Shown here: piece by piece, positions 54,765 through 62,815 of the stretch | Numbering within the stretch: the stretch's first letter is position 1 | Layout of the letters: each line of letters begins with the position of its first letter | Assembly: GCA_947630395.1 (NCBI GenBank) | Contig: CANRHK010000001.1 | Coordinates: 2,708 to 66,707 of the forward strand | Length of the DNA stretch: 64,000 bases | Direction: 5' to 3' | From: an uncultured Oscillospiraceae bacterium | GTDB lineage: Bacteria > Bacillota > Clostridia > Oscillospirales > Oscillospiraceae | The notes under the pieces: model-generated | The model's input: the letters and a program-made list of their open reading frames with translations, nothing else | Databases searched by the model: none | What the model was told of the DNA's origin: nothing | Translations under genes and position numbers: made by a program

Positions 54765-55853
54765 CTATATCTGCTCGTTCTGACGATGGATCAGGGGATC
54801 CTCATAGGCATCCATAAAGTCCTCGCCCAGCCTGACCGTCTCGTCGGCAAACCGGATCGCCTTGATCTCTGTCAGCACCGCCACCACCTTGCGGAAACGA
54901 AGCCCCGGAAAAAAGTTCAGCATCTCCATGGGCACGGTGGCGTCAAACTGCGGATACTCCGGAAAAAGCGCCCGATAATCCAGCTCATCCCTGGGATGAG
55001 GCTTCAAAAAGATGGTCCCCTCCGGCTCGTACATCCGGATGATGTCGCGGAAGATCCGCTCTCTCACCTCCAGGCTGCAGAGGGGATCGGTCAAAATCAG
55101 GATCTTGTCGCCCACCCTGCCGCTCTCCGCGATCTGCCTCTCCAGGCCCTCCTTATCGCGGATAAACGCCTGCAGAATCAGCTCCTTGTCCTCAGCGGTC
55201 AGCCGGTCCGTCAGCGCCTGCCTCGGCTCGTCGATATATTTCGGACAGGGATACCGGATCAGGGAGCTGTCGTTTACCTCCATGTCCAGACAGTATTTGC
55301 CGTAGCCGTTCTGTACAAAGATCAGATTGAGCCTCTGGGAGAGAAACGCCTTCAGCCCAAAATGCCCTCGGTTGTCGTATCGGGCCGCGTCGAAGTTTTT
55401 CAAGCAGTTTAGCCCGTCCTCCAGCGCGTGGTAGGGAATTTTATATTGATTCAGATAATAGCCGATGGGGTCGGAGTCGCAGTAGACATACACGTCCTGA
55501 TAGGCCCGAAAATCCACGGGAACATAGGCGGACTCCAGCCTCGCGTACTCCCTGGTAAACCGGATGCGGTGAAGGAGATTTCCCAGGAAATTTCCGGTAT
55601 CTTTTCGCCATCTGGCAAGCTCCGGAAAAAAATCCTCCCTCTTTTCGTCAAATTCAATGACCTCCTCAAAAAGTCCCGTGGTCTCCACCCGCGCCTTCAG
55701 ATTTTCAAAATCGGTGGACATTTTGGACAGCACAAGGGTGGCTCCTCCAAAATCCCTTCCCTCATTTCGGCACTGCTCTCTGCGCTTGAGCTCCTTTAAA
55801 AAGGTCACATACACATGGTAATAGGTATGGCATACATAGATTCTGTCCTTCAT
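54765..55853 (-). CDS. GT52-like glycosyltransferase with sialyltransferase motifs (candidate nonulosonic acid transferase)
   Basis: It carries a D/E-D/E-G motif (HALEDGLN) and an HP motif (FLKPHPRDE). These occur in the same order as I recall for Neisseria Lst (FDDGTGN ... APHPRQ), and LILTDPL parallels ILLGSPD. It is 362 aa. Confidence 0.55.
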   Translation of the reverse strand: MKDRIYVCHTYYHVYVTFLKELKRREQCRNEGRDFGGATLVLSKMSTDFENLKARVETTGLFEEVIEFDEKREDFFPELARWRKDTGNFLGNLLHRIRFTREYARLESAYVPVDFRAYQDVYVYCDSDPIGYYLNQYKIPYHALEDGLNCLKNFDAARYDNRGHFGLKAFLSQRLNLIFVQNGYGKYCLDMEVNDSSLIRYPCPKYIDEPRQALTDRLTAEDKELILQAFIRDKEGLERQIAESGRVGDKILILTDPLCSLEVRERIFRDIIRMYEPEGTIFLKPHPRDELDYRALFPEYPQFDATVPMEMLNFFPGLRFRKVVAVLTEIKAIRFADETVRLGEDFMDAYEDPLIHRQNEQI

Positions 55854-55935
55854 GGCAGGCTCCTATCGTGCGGATCCGTCGGGATCCCTGTTCCTTTCCG
55901 GCCGACGCTTGTCTGGATTGTCTGGAATATGGTAT

Positions 55936-55964
55936 ATTCTACCACACTTGAGCCGGTTTGTCAC
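55936..55964 (-). promoter_or_regulatory. Internal sigma-70-type promoter upstream of the GT52-like gene
   Basis: On the minus strand: GTGACA (55964-55959), a 17-nt spacer, then TGgTAGAAT (-10 at 55941-55936). It lies in the only 120-nt gap of this gene run. Confidence 0.5.
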
Positions 55965-55973
55965 CCTACCTGT

Positions 55974-57758
55974 CTAGGGTTCCAGGCGATAGAGCCAGAT
56001 CGCGTAATAGCTGTCTTCGGTCTCAAAGGGCTCCTCCCGTGCCGGCACCAGGTGCATCTCTTGCGCGTTGTCGATGGGCATAGCCGCAAAAAGATAGCGC
56101 GCGCCCATTTCATAGGCTTTCTCCGTATTGAGAGAAAGATCGTGGTACGAGGCGTTCACATCGCGCCCCACGGTCATATAGTTGCCGGTCTCGGCATTCA
56201 ACAGATAACAGCGGTTGCCCCAGGTGTCAAAGTAGATCCTGCTCTCCTCCGATTTGGCCAGCTCGTCCGCGATGATCTCCCGAAACCGATGCTTGTAATC
56301 CAGGGAATAATAATTGGAATAGCCGTCCAGACAGTAGAACCCATTGTAGAGGGCCGCCGCCGGATTGACGCCGAGGCTCAGGGTCCGGTAGGAAGCCTTA
56401 TCCTCGCCGATAAAACGGTCGATCTGCCGGTACACATCCTCCGCGTAGTAATCGTCCCAGTCCATCAGACGGTAGGTGTCCGGAAAGAGCATCAGCCGCA
56501 GGTTATGGTAGAGAGTGCTGTTTTCGTAGATGCGGGGCAGCAGGGCGAGCACGACGGCCAGCGCCAGAAGGCACCGGACGGGCCGATCTCTCTTCCACCC
56601 TCGAAACAAAAACCTAAGATCCAGCGCCAGAAGGGTATACCAGCACAGCGGCAGAAGCCAGTAGATCCGGTCCGCCTGAAAGTATTTGACCGTTCCCCCG
56701 ATTCGGGTCCGCAGGCCGATCACCCACGGCGTCCTCCACAGAACCGCTCCGAGGGCAAGCAGGATCGCCAGCGCAAAGATCCCTCCGATCCGCCGATACA
56801 GGCGGGCGCTCTCTTTTTCCCGCTCATCGTCCTCCCTCCGTCCCCGGGTCAGAAAACGGCCGATCGGCCAGGCCGCGAGAAGGACTGCCGTAAGCGCCGC
56901 GATCGGCGCGTTATAGGCCTTTCCGTAGGCGCCGCCCGACAGAAAGATCTCCGCAAAGTACTCCACTGGGTTCGGCATCGCGGCCAGGACCATCTCCTCC
57001 CTGTGGGGCACGAAGGAGGCCCCGCCCAGAAGCTGGACCGCCAGATCTTTGTTGCAGGCCAGAAAGACCGCCGTCAGCAATAAAAAGGCCAGTCCCGTCT
57101 CCCTGTAACCCCCTCTGCGCCTGAGAAGCGTCACGGCCCAGACGATCCCAAGGACCGCCACCCAGGCAAACCCCACCAGCGCCAAAGACGAGCTCACCGC
57201 GTACAGCACAATACAGAGATAGTATTTCCATTTTGCACAAAAGGGGATCTGCCTTTCACAGATGCCGAGCATAGCCCAAACCAGAAGGGGCTGCCCCAAA
57301 ACGGACAGACCATACACCGGATAAAAGGGCAGACAGACAAAAAGCCCCGACGCCGCCAGGGCGGCAAGCGGCGAGGCCGTGAGTCTTTTACAGAGCAGAT
57401 ACATCCCCACATAGCCCACCGCCAGGACAAAGATATGAAAGGCCGCAAAGGCGGCAAAGGGCGGCAGGAACCGGTAAAAGAGCACCCCGACCGGCGCGGG
57501 CGGCGTCATAGCGCTCTTGCTCATGCCGTTCATAAACTCCGGAATGACGTCCTCTCCGGAGAAAAGATACCTCGCCCGATAGATATAGTTGATCACTTCC
57601 CCGTCCAGCTGGTCCGTGATCTGTACATAGGCTCCGCTTCCCAGCACAAAATAGGGAAGCGAAAGAAGAAACACCACGCAGAGCCCCGCCCCGAAGCAAA
57701 GACCTTCCAGGGCCTTAGGATGTCCTGTCACAAATTTTCCGATCGTCTCTCTCTCCAT
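55974..57758 (-). CDS. Polytopic membrane protein, paralog of 38471-40264
   Basis: See the shared sequence blocks listed for 38471-40264. ATG 57758 has GAGGAGAGAGGG upstream. Confidence 0.6.
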   Translation of the reverse strand: MERETIGKFVTGHPKALEGLCFGAGLCVVFLLSLPYFVLGSGAYVQITDQLDGEVINYIYRARYLFSGEDVIPEFMNGMSKSAMTPPAPVGVLFYRFLPPFAAFAAFHIFVLAVGYVGMYLLCKRLTASPLAALAASGLFVCLPFYPVYGLSVLGQPLLVWAMLGICERQIPFCAKWKYYLCIVLYAVSSSLALVGFAWVAVLGIVWAVTLLRRRGGYRETGLAFLLLTAVFLACNKDLAVQLLGGASFVPHREEMVLAAMPNPVEYFAEIFLSGGAYGKAYNAPIAALTAVLLAAWPIGRFLTRGRREDDEREKESARLYRRIGGIFALAILLALGAVLWRTPWVIGLRTRIGGTVKYFQADRIYWLLPLCWYTLLALDLRFLFRGWKRDRPVRCLLALAVVLALLPRIYENSTLYHNLRLMLFPDTYRLMDWDDYYAEDVYRQIDRFIGEDKASYRTLSLGVNPAAALYNGFYCLDGYSNYYSLDYKHRFREIIADELAKSEESRIYFDTWGNRCYLLNAETGNYMTVGRDVNASYHDLSLNTEKAYEMGARYLFAAMPIDNAQEMHLVPAREEPFETEDSYYAIWLYRLEP

Positions 57759-57768
57759 CCCTCTCTCC

Positions 57769-59480
57769 TCACCGACGGATCTCAAACCGGTATACCGTGT
57801 ACGTGCCGCCGTGCGACGCCGTGATTTCGTCCGCCGCCTGCGCCCTACTGCCGCAGGCTTCCTCCAAAAACTTCACAGACGGGTGGCTGCTCTCATTTCC
57901 ATCCCGATAGAGAATCAGATACAGCTCCTCTGCACCTTCCAGATATTCCGCCAGCTTGGCACGCATGGAAGGGCTGTTGGAATACCAACAGCCGGAGACA
58001 ACGCTGTTTCTCGGCTGTGCAAGCCTTGCGTCCAGCGCGCTGCCCGTATAGTAGCCGGCCGACACCGACTCCATAAGATAGCGGTTTTCCGGACGGCACC
58101 GACAGTATTCCTGTATCTCGTACATCCCCTCCATAAAGGCAAGCTTTCCCCTGTTTTGTTCCGCCGTGTAATAGTATTGCCGCTTTCCGGACTGATACGC
58201 CGTGACACAGACCGCCGCACAGCAGACAAGAAGCAACGCCCGCTGACGCCATAGTCCCACCTTATCACATTCTATCCAAAGAAGCGCAAGCGCCAGGGCG
58301 ATCTCGCAGAGAAACAACGGATGCGTCACTCGGTGCGGGTAACGCCCCTGCCAGATCAGATATCCCCAGACCGCCGTCCTGGCAGCCGCCACTCCCAATA
58401 TCGGCAGCAGCATGACAAAGCGCCGCCGAAGCAGAACCCACAAAAGCAGGACCGCCCACAGGCTGACCGCCAGATGATTGACCTGCCAGTAGCCGTCCCC
58501 AAAGTAATCCTGCCACGTCATCCGCAGGACCTCCCACAACGAGGGATGCACCTCCCCGTGCTCTCTCGCATAAGCGACAAGCTCCTCCCCGCACTCCACA
58601 GAGATCTCCCAATCCAGGATCGTGCCGTTACAAAACGCCTGATACTGCGCCTCCGTCACCTGAAAACGGTCCAGGATATCGCGAACCTCCTCATACGCCG
58701 GCTTTCCGTATATATCGTACAGCTCCGCGCGCACTCGGTTGAACCGCTGATATTCCCTCCACGTCTCCCCCCGATAGGCAAGTCCGTCCCCCAGCGCCGC
58801 CAGAAGAAAAACCGCAAAAAGCACCGCCGGAATCAGACAAAACGCTCTGCAGCGCCTTTTCAGATCCCCTTCCCTCCATGCTCCCTGTTTTCCCAAAAAG
58901 AGCCCCAGGCATACCGCAAGCCCGAAGGGCTGTATCATCCACATGGAATCCTGCCGCAGGCAGACGCTCAGAAATTCCAGGAGAAAGAAAAGGAAAAGTC
59001 CTTTTTTGCCGGATCGGTTCAAAATAAGGCAGACGTATCCGGCAATCGCAAGCAGAGCCGCCGTGGAGGTGAATTGTATCTGGGCCAGGGAATATATACC
59101 CCCCCTGTCAAAAGCACAATGCCGCCTGCGGTCACCGCCAGGTATTGCGCCGGCCTTTCGCAGCGGGAATAGCCCGCATCCAGCATCGCGCCGTAGGACA
59201 GTACCTGGAGGCACACAAGCGCGCCGCCGTACCACGGCACCGCGGCTGTCAGACGATAAAGCGCGGAGAGCGGCAGCGCCAGCAGATAATTGATGAAAAC
59301 CGCGTGGGCGTCCGGTTTTGCGGAGAGCACGCCCGACAGGATCTCTGCCAAAAAACGGTCATCGTTGGTCTCAAAACAGATGCCGGCCTTCTGATACACA
59401 CAAAACACATAGCCGAGGGCGATTCCGATCCCCAGCGAAAGGCGCGCGATATCTCGATACAGCCCTTTTTTTGTCATCAT
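57769..59480 (-). pseudogene. Polytopic membrane protein gene interrupted by a frameshift at a G7 tract (possibly phase-variable)
   Basis: ORF 59480-59019 reads as TM-like sequence up to ...AVTAGGIVLLTGG, then becomes R/P-rich. ORF 59235-57769 is R-rich before the tract and TM-like after it (IYSLAQIQFTSTAALLAIAGYV...). The switch is at C7 on the plus strand, 59099-59105. Eight or five G would fuse the frames. Confidence 0.7.
59099..59105 (-). repeat. Homopolymeric G7 (C7 on plus strand) at the frameshift point
   Basis: Read directly: aatatatacc|ccccctgtca. Confidence 0.95.
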
Positions 59481-59519
59481 ACTCTGCCGACCTCCTCAAC
59501 GTCCCCACGGCAAACGGGG

Positions 59520-61193
59520 TTAAAAGTGTACAATGATATACTCCCCCACATCGACAATCGACCCCTCCCTCGGAAAACGGGGCCACTCCGCAGACAGACG
59601 CTCCGCCTCCGCATAATCCGCGTTCTGAAGCGGGAGGATTTCCTGCCCGTGCATAGCAAAAAAGCGCACCAGCTCCGTATCGTCCCCAAAGGCGTAACGG
59701 CCCCAGTCAATGACGGACAGAGCCGGTGTCTGCGCCACCCACACGCCGTAGGGGCGGTAAAATTTTTCCAGAAGATGCTCGTCTATGCGGGTGGTGATAC
59801 GGCTGATCTGGTAGAAGGTCTTTGAGTTATAGGGCACATAGGCGGCCCCGATGATCCCCGCAGGCACCTCGTAGGAGCCGGTGAACACCACCGGTTTCCC
59901 CGTGTCAAAATCCCGCTCCAGCTCATAGGCGACCCGCGAAGCCACATTCTTGGCCTCCTCGTATTTCAGATAGTCCACATAGAACCAGCGGTTCATATCG
60001 CTGCACTGGTTCCACACCACCGCGGTCAGCGCGAACACCAAAAGTCCCACAAGCAGCCTCCTGCCCCTCTGCGGAAGCCATCGCCCCCGCACGGCGCCGT
60101 TTACCGCATACACCGCCAGGAGCGCACCGTACCCGCAGATCACGGGCAAAAACTGCGCCGAACGGTACAGGGTCGCGCTCCCCTCGACAAAAATCAAAAG
60201 AAAGGACGCTACAAAGCTCCCCAGGGTCAGAAGAAGGATCCACGGATCCCGCTGCCGTATCGTCCGCCAGAGTCCAAAGCAGAAGATCACGGCCGCCGCC
60301 CACACGAAAATCCGTATGGGATAATAGGCGTAGGCGAAGACCCCGTACATGACAAACATCCTCTTGAGCACCATCGCAAACTCCGGACCGGCATTCTCCG
60401 CAAAGATCCAGGACACCATCTCCGTGACAGACCGCCGGACCGCCTCGTCCTGCAGCTCCTCCAGACCGAAGATGCGGATGACGGCAACGATCATCACACT
60501 CCGAAGCACGATGCCCGCGGCCGCCACCGCCACTGCCGCCAGCGCGCCGCGAAACAGCCTGCGCCTCTCGCCTGCAAAGCGTTCCGTGAGAAACATCAGA
60601 CAGACGCCCAAGAGCCATACGATCATCAGGGACTCATAACAGCCGACGGCAGCCCAAAGTCCGGCCGCCGACCCGAGAAAGGGCAGAAGGCACCCTCCGG
60701 CCTCCCTGCGCTCCAGGCGAAGCCGCGCCTCCCGAAAACAGCACAGGCTGACGCCGCAGAACAGATAGCCCATGGATATGCCGTTGTGCAGATAATAAGT
60801 GTACACCTCGCTGATCAGCGGCGAGGATAAAAACACCGCGCCAAAAAAAAGATATCCGTACCACGGGAGGCTGTCCTCCAGTATGGAGTACAAAAGAACG
60901 CACCATACCGTGACCGCCGCCATCAGGATCAGGACGCCCGCCAGATCCGTCAAAAACGGCGCAAATTCCGCAATGTGCACCACCTTATTCAGCAGATACA
61001 GCACCCACCTGCCCACGATCGCCGCCAGGCCGTCCTCAAAGTAATAGAGATACGGCGTATCGTCGATCCCGACCGTGGCGTGCGTCACCAGAAAGCCGTA
61101 GCTGCCCAGTGCCACGAGCCCCAGCGCCAGAAGATAAGCCCGGTTCCCTATGAATTTCCTACCGTAATTCAGCCATTTTCCCATGCCAAACAT
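59520..61193 (-). CDS. Polytopic membrane glycosyltransferase, GtrC/GtrII-like (tentative), second copy
   Basis: The first-loop motif THATVGIDDTPYLYYFEDGLAAIVGRWV parallels NHDGL...SGRWF in 43839-45413. It has about 12 TM helices and a soluble C-terminal domain. Confidence 0.5.
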   Translation of the reverse strand: MFGMGKWLNYGRKFIGNRAYLLALGLVALGSYGFLVTHATVGIDDTPYLYYFEDGLAAIVGRWVLYLLNKVVHIAEFAPFLTDLAGVLILMAAVTVWCVLLYSILEDSLPWYGYLFFGAVFLSSPLISEVYTYYLHNGISMGYLFCGVSLCCFREARLRLERREAGGCLLPFLGSAAGLWAAVGCYESLMIVWLLGVCLMFLTERFAGERRRLFRGALAAVAVAAAGIVLRSVMIVAVIRIFGLEELQDEAVRRSVTEMVSWIFAENAGPEFAMVLKRMFVMYGVFAYAYYPIRIFVWAAAVIFCFGLWRTIRQRDPWILLLTLGSFVASFLLIFVEGSATLYRSAQFLPVICGYGALLAVYAVNGAVRGRWLPQRGRRLLVGLLVFALTAVVWNQCSDMNRWFYVDYLKYEEAKNVASRVAYELERDFDTGKPVVFTGSYEVPAGIIGAAYVPYNSKTFYQISRITTRIDEHLLEKFYRPYGVWVAQTPALSVIDWGRYAFGDDTELVRFFAMHGQEILPLQNADYAEAERLSAEWPRFPREGSIVDVGEYIIVHF

Positions 61194-61202
61194 TCCCTTC
61201 CG

Positions 61203-62642
61203 TCAGGAGGCGGTCAGCCGAAAGATCACAAAGTCGTAATACATATAATGAAAGCGTAAGACCTCCTCATAGGTGTACCATTCCGCCATAGAATCCGGCC
61301 GGTCCCCCGCAAAGGCCACATACCAAATATTTCCCGTCACATCCTCGAGCTGGCTTAGGTCCGTGAGGGCATCCGTGTTGGAGAAGGGCAGACTGTACAG
61401 CTTATAACCGCACAGATAATATTGAAGCTCCGGATGATATACATTCAAAAAAATCGTGTGGGTATAAGGCCCGATCATCACATCGTTCTCCGTCACCTGC
61501 TCCTCCCAGAACCGCTCGTACACATCCAGACCCCTGTCGTACTCCAGGCGGATCTCGCTGCCATACTGGAGCAAAAAACAGACTGCCATCCCCGCAACGA
61601 CCAGAGCTCCTGCCCATTTTCTGCGGATTTGGTCAAAGCCCACCGCGTAGAAAAGCATCAGAAATCCGAAGCCCGGGAACACATAGCGGCCCATGAAGCA
61701 GTTGTTGACACAGGCGGAGATCACTCCCCCCGCAAGCACCGTCAACCCCAGAGCTCCCATGCCAACCGCCGGAGCAAACTCCCTGTGCTCCCGCATCCAG
61801 TCCACCGCCAGATAACACAGGATCAGGCACAGCCCCATCCCCAGTATCACCACCGGCCCGATGGGCGTCTCCACCGCGGAAAACCACTCCTTACAGTAGT
61901 CCATCAGGGAATACAGATCCGCCAGCTCGGCGGTGGAGCCTGCGTCGTAGCGCATCCTCAGAACCATCTGCCTGCAGGTCACCAGAAGCCACGGGGAGAA
62001 CACAAACGCCACCGTTCCTCCGCACACAAAGAAGGGCTTCACCAGCCGTCTCCTTTTGGTGATAAGGATGGCCCCCAAAAAGAGCAGATAAAAGAAAAAC
62101 GTCTGGATCATAGCAAACGTATGACAGTACACCGTACAGATGCTGGACAAGCAGAACACGACCCATTTCCTCCGCGAGGGGCTTCGATAGAGATCACAGG
62201 CGCTCAGTCCCGCAAGTGTCAGGAAAAAAAGCGCGGCCGCATACATGCGCACATTCCCCGCCTGCACGCTCATGATCGGCATGAGGATGGAAAACAGCAT
62301 AAAATAGATCGATATCCGCAGGCCGAAAAGCTTTCTCACATAGTACTTGCCCAGCAGAAGGTAGCCCTCCATGAACAGGACCGACATCAGCTTCAGGCTG
62401 AAGAACCGTTTCCCGCCGCCAAACAGCATAAAGAACAGCTTCAGCAGAATATAGTAAAAAGGGGAATGATCGTCCGACGCCGTGATATAGAACAGCCTGG
62501 TCCAGGACTGCGACACCATGGAGGCGGAATACGCCTCATCATACCAGAGATTATTGGTGACGCAGAACGCTCCCCACACCAAAAGCCCTGCGACCGGCAG
62601 AGCGTGCCACAGCCGGCCCCATCCTTTCTTTTCTTCGTCCAT
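61203..62642 (-). CDS. GT-C fold glycosyltransferase, PMT_2/ArnT-like
   Basis: It has the motif NNLWYDEAYSASMV, a DE motif in the first loop, and many TM helices. The preferred ATG is 62642 with GGGAGGG 9 nt upstream; the alternative is 62675. Confidence 0.6.
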   Translation of the reverse strand: MDEEKKGWGRLWHALPVAGLLVWGAFCVTNNLWYDEAYSASMVSQSWTRLFYITASDDHSPFYYILLKLFFMLFGGGKRFFSLKLMSVLFMEGYLLLGKYYVRKLFGLRISIYFMLFSILMPIMSVQAGNVRMYAAALFFLTLAGLSACDLYRSPSRRKWVVFCLSSICTVYCHTFAMIQTFFFYLLFLGAILITKRRRLVKPFFVCGGTVAFVFSPWLLVTCRQMVLRMRYDAGSTAELADLYSLMDYCKEWFSAVETPIGPVVILGMGLCLILCYLAVDWMREHREFAPAVGMGALGLTVLAGGVISACVNNCFMGRYVFPGFGFLMLFYAVGFDQIRRKWAGALVVAGMAVCFLLQYGSEIRLEYDRGLDVYERFWEEQVTENDVMIGPYTHTIFLNVYHPELQYYLCGYKLYSLPFSNTDALTDLSQLEDVTGNIWYVAFAGDRPDSMAEWYTYEEVLRFHYMYYDFVIFRLTAS

Positions 62643-62697
62643 ACCCTTCATCCCTCCCGCAAAACTGCGGTACATTCCAAGTCGTTGTCTCTAACTT

Positions 62698-62726
62698 ATT
62701 ATACTAACGGCATCCTTTTTGTGCAA
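62698..62726 (-). promoter_or_regulatory. Candidate promoter of the long minus-strand gene run
   Basis: On the minus strand: TTGCAC (62726-62721), a 17-nt spacer, then TATAAT (62703-62698). Confidence 0.45.
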
Positions 62727-62757
62727 GCTGGTGTTTCTCTTTTTTACCGGAATGTGC

Positions 62758-62763
62758 TATACT
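62758..62763 (+). promoter_or_regulatory. Candidate extended -10 box for pseC
   Basis: TGcTATACT lies 52 nt upstream of the pseC ATG. The -35 is poor (TTCTCT). Confidence 0.3.
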
Positions 62764-62815
62764 TGAATCAATGTCACTATCAACCTTAGACAAACGACCA
62801 AAACAGGAGAAGAAT

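Noticed and set aside
60843-60850. A8/T8 homopolymer inside the second GtrC-like gene as another phase-variation site
   Set aside because: The gene is intact and in frame here (LFFGAV). Without read-level variation there is no evidence of switching. It is noted only as a potential slippage site.
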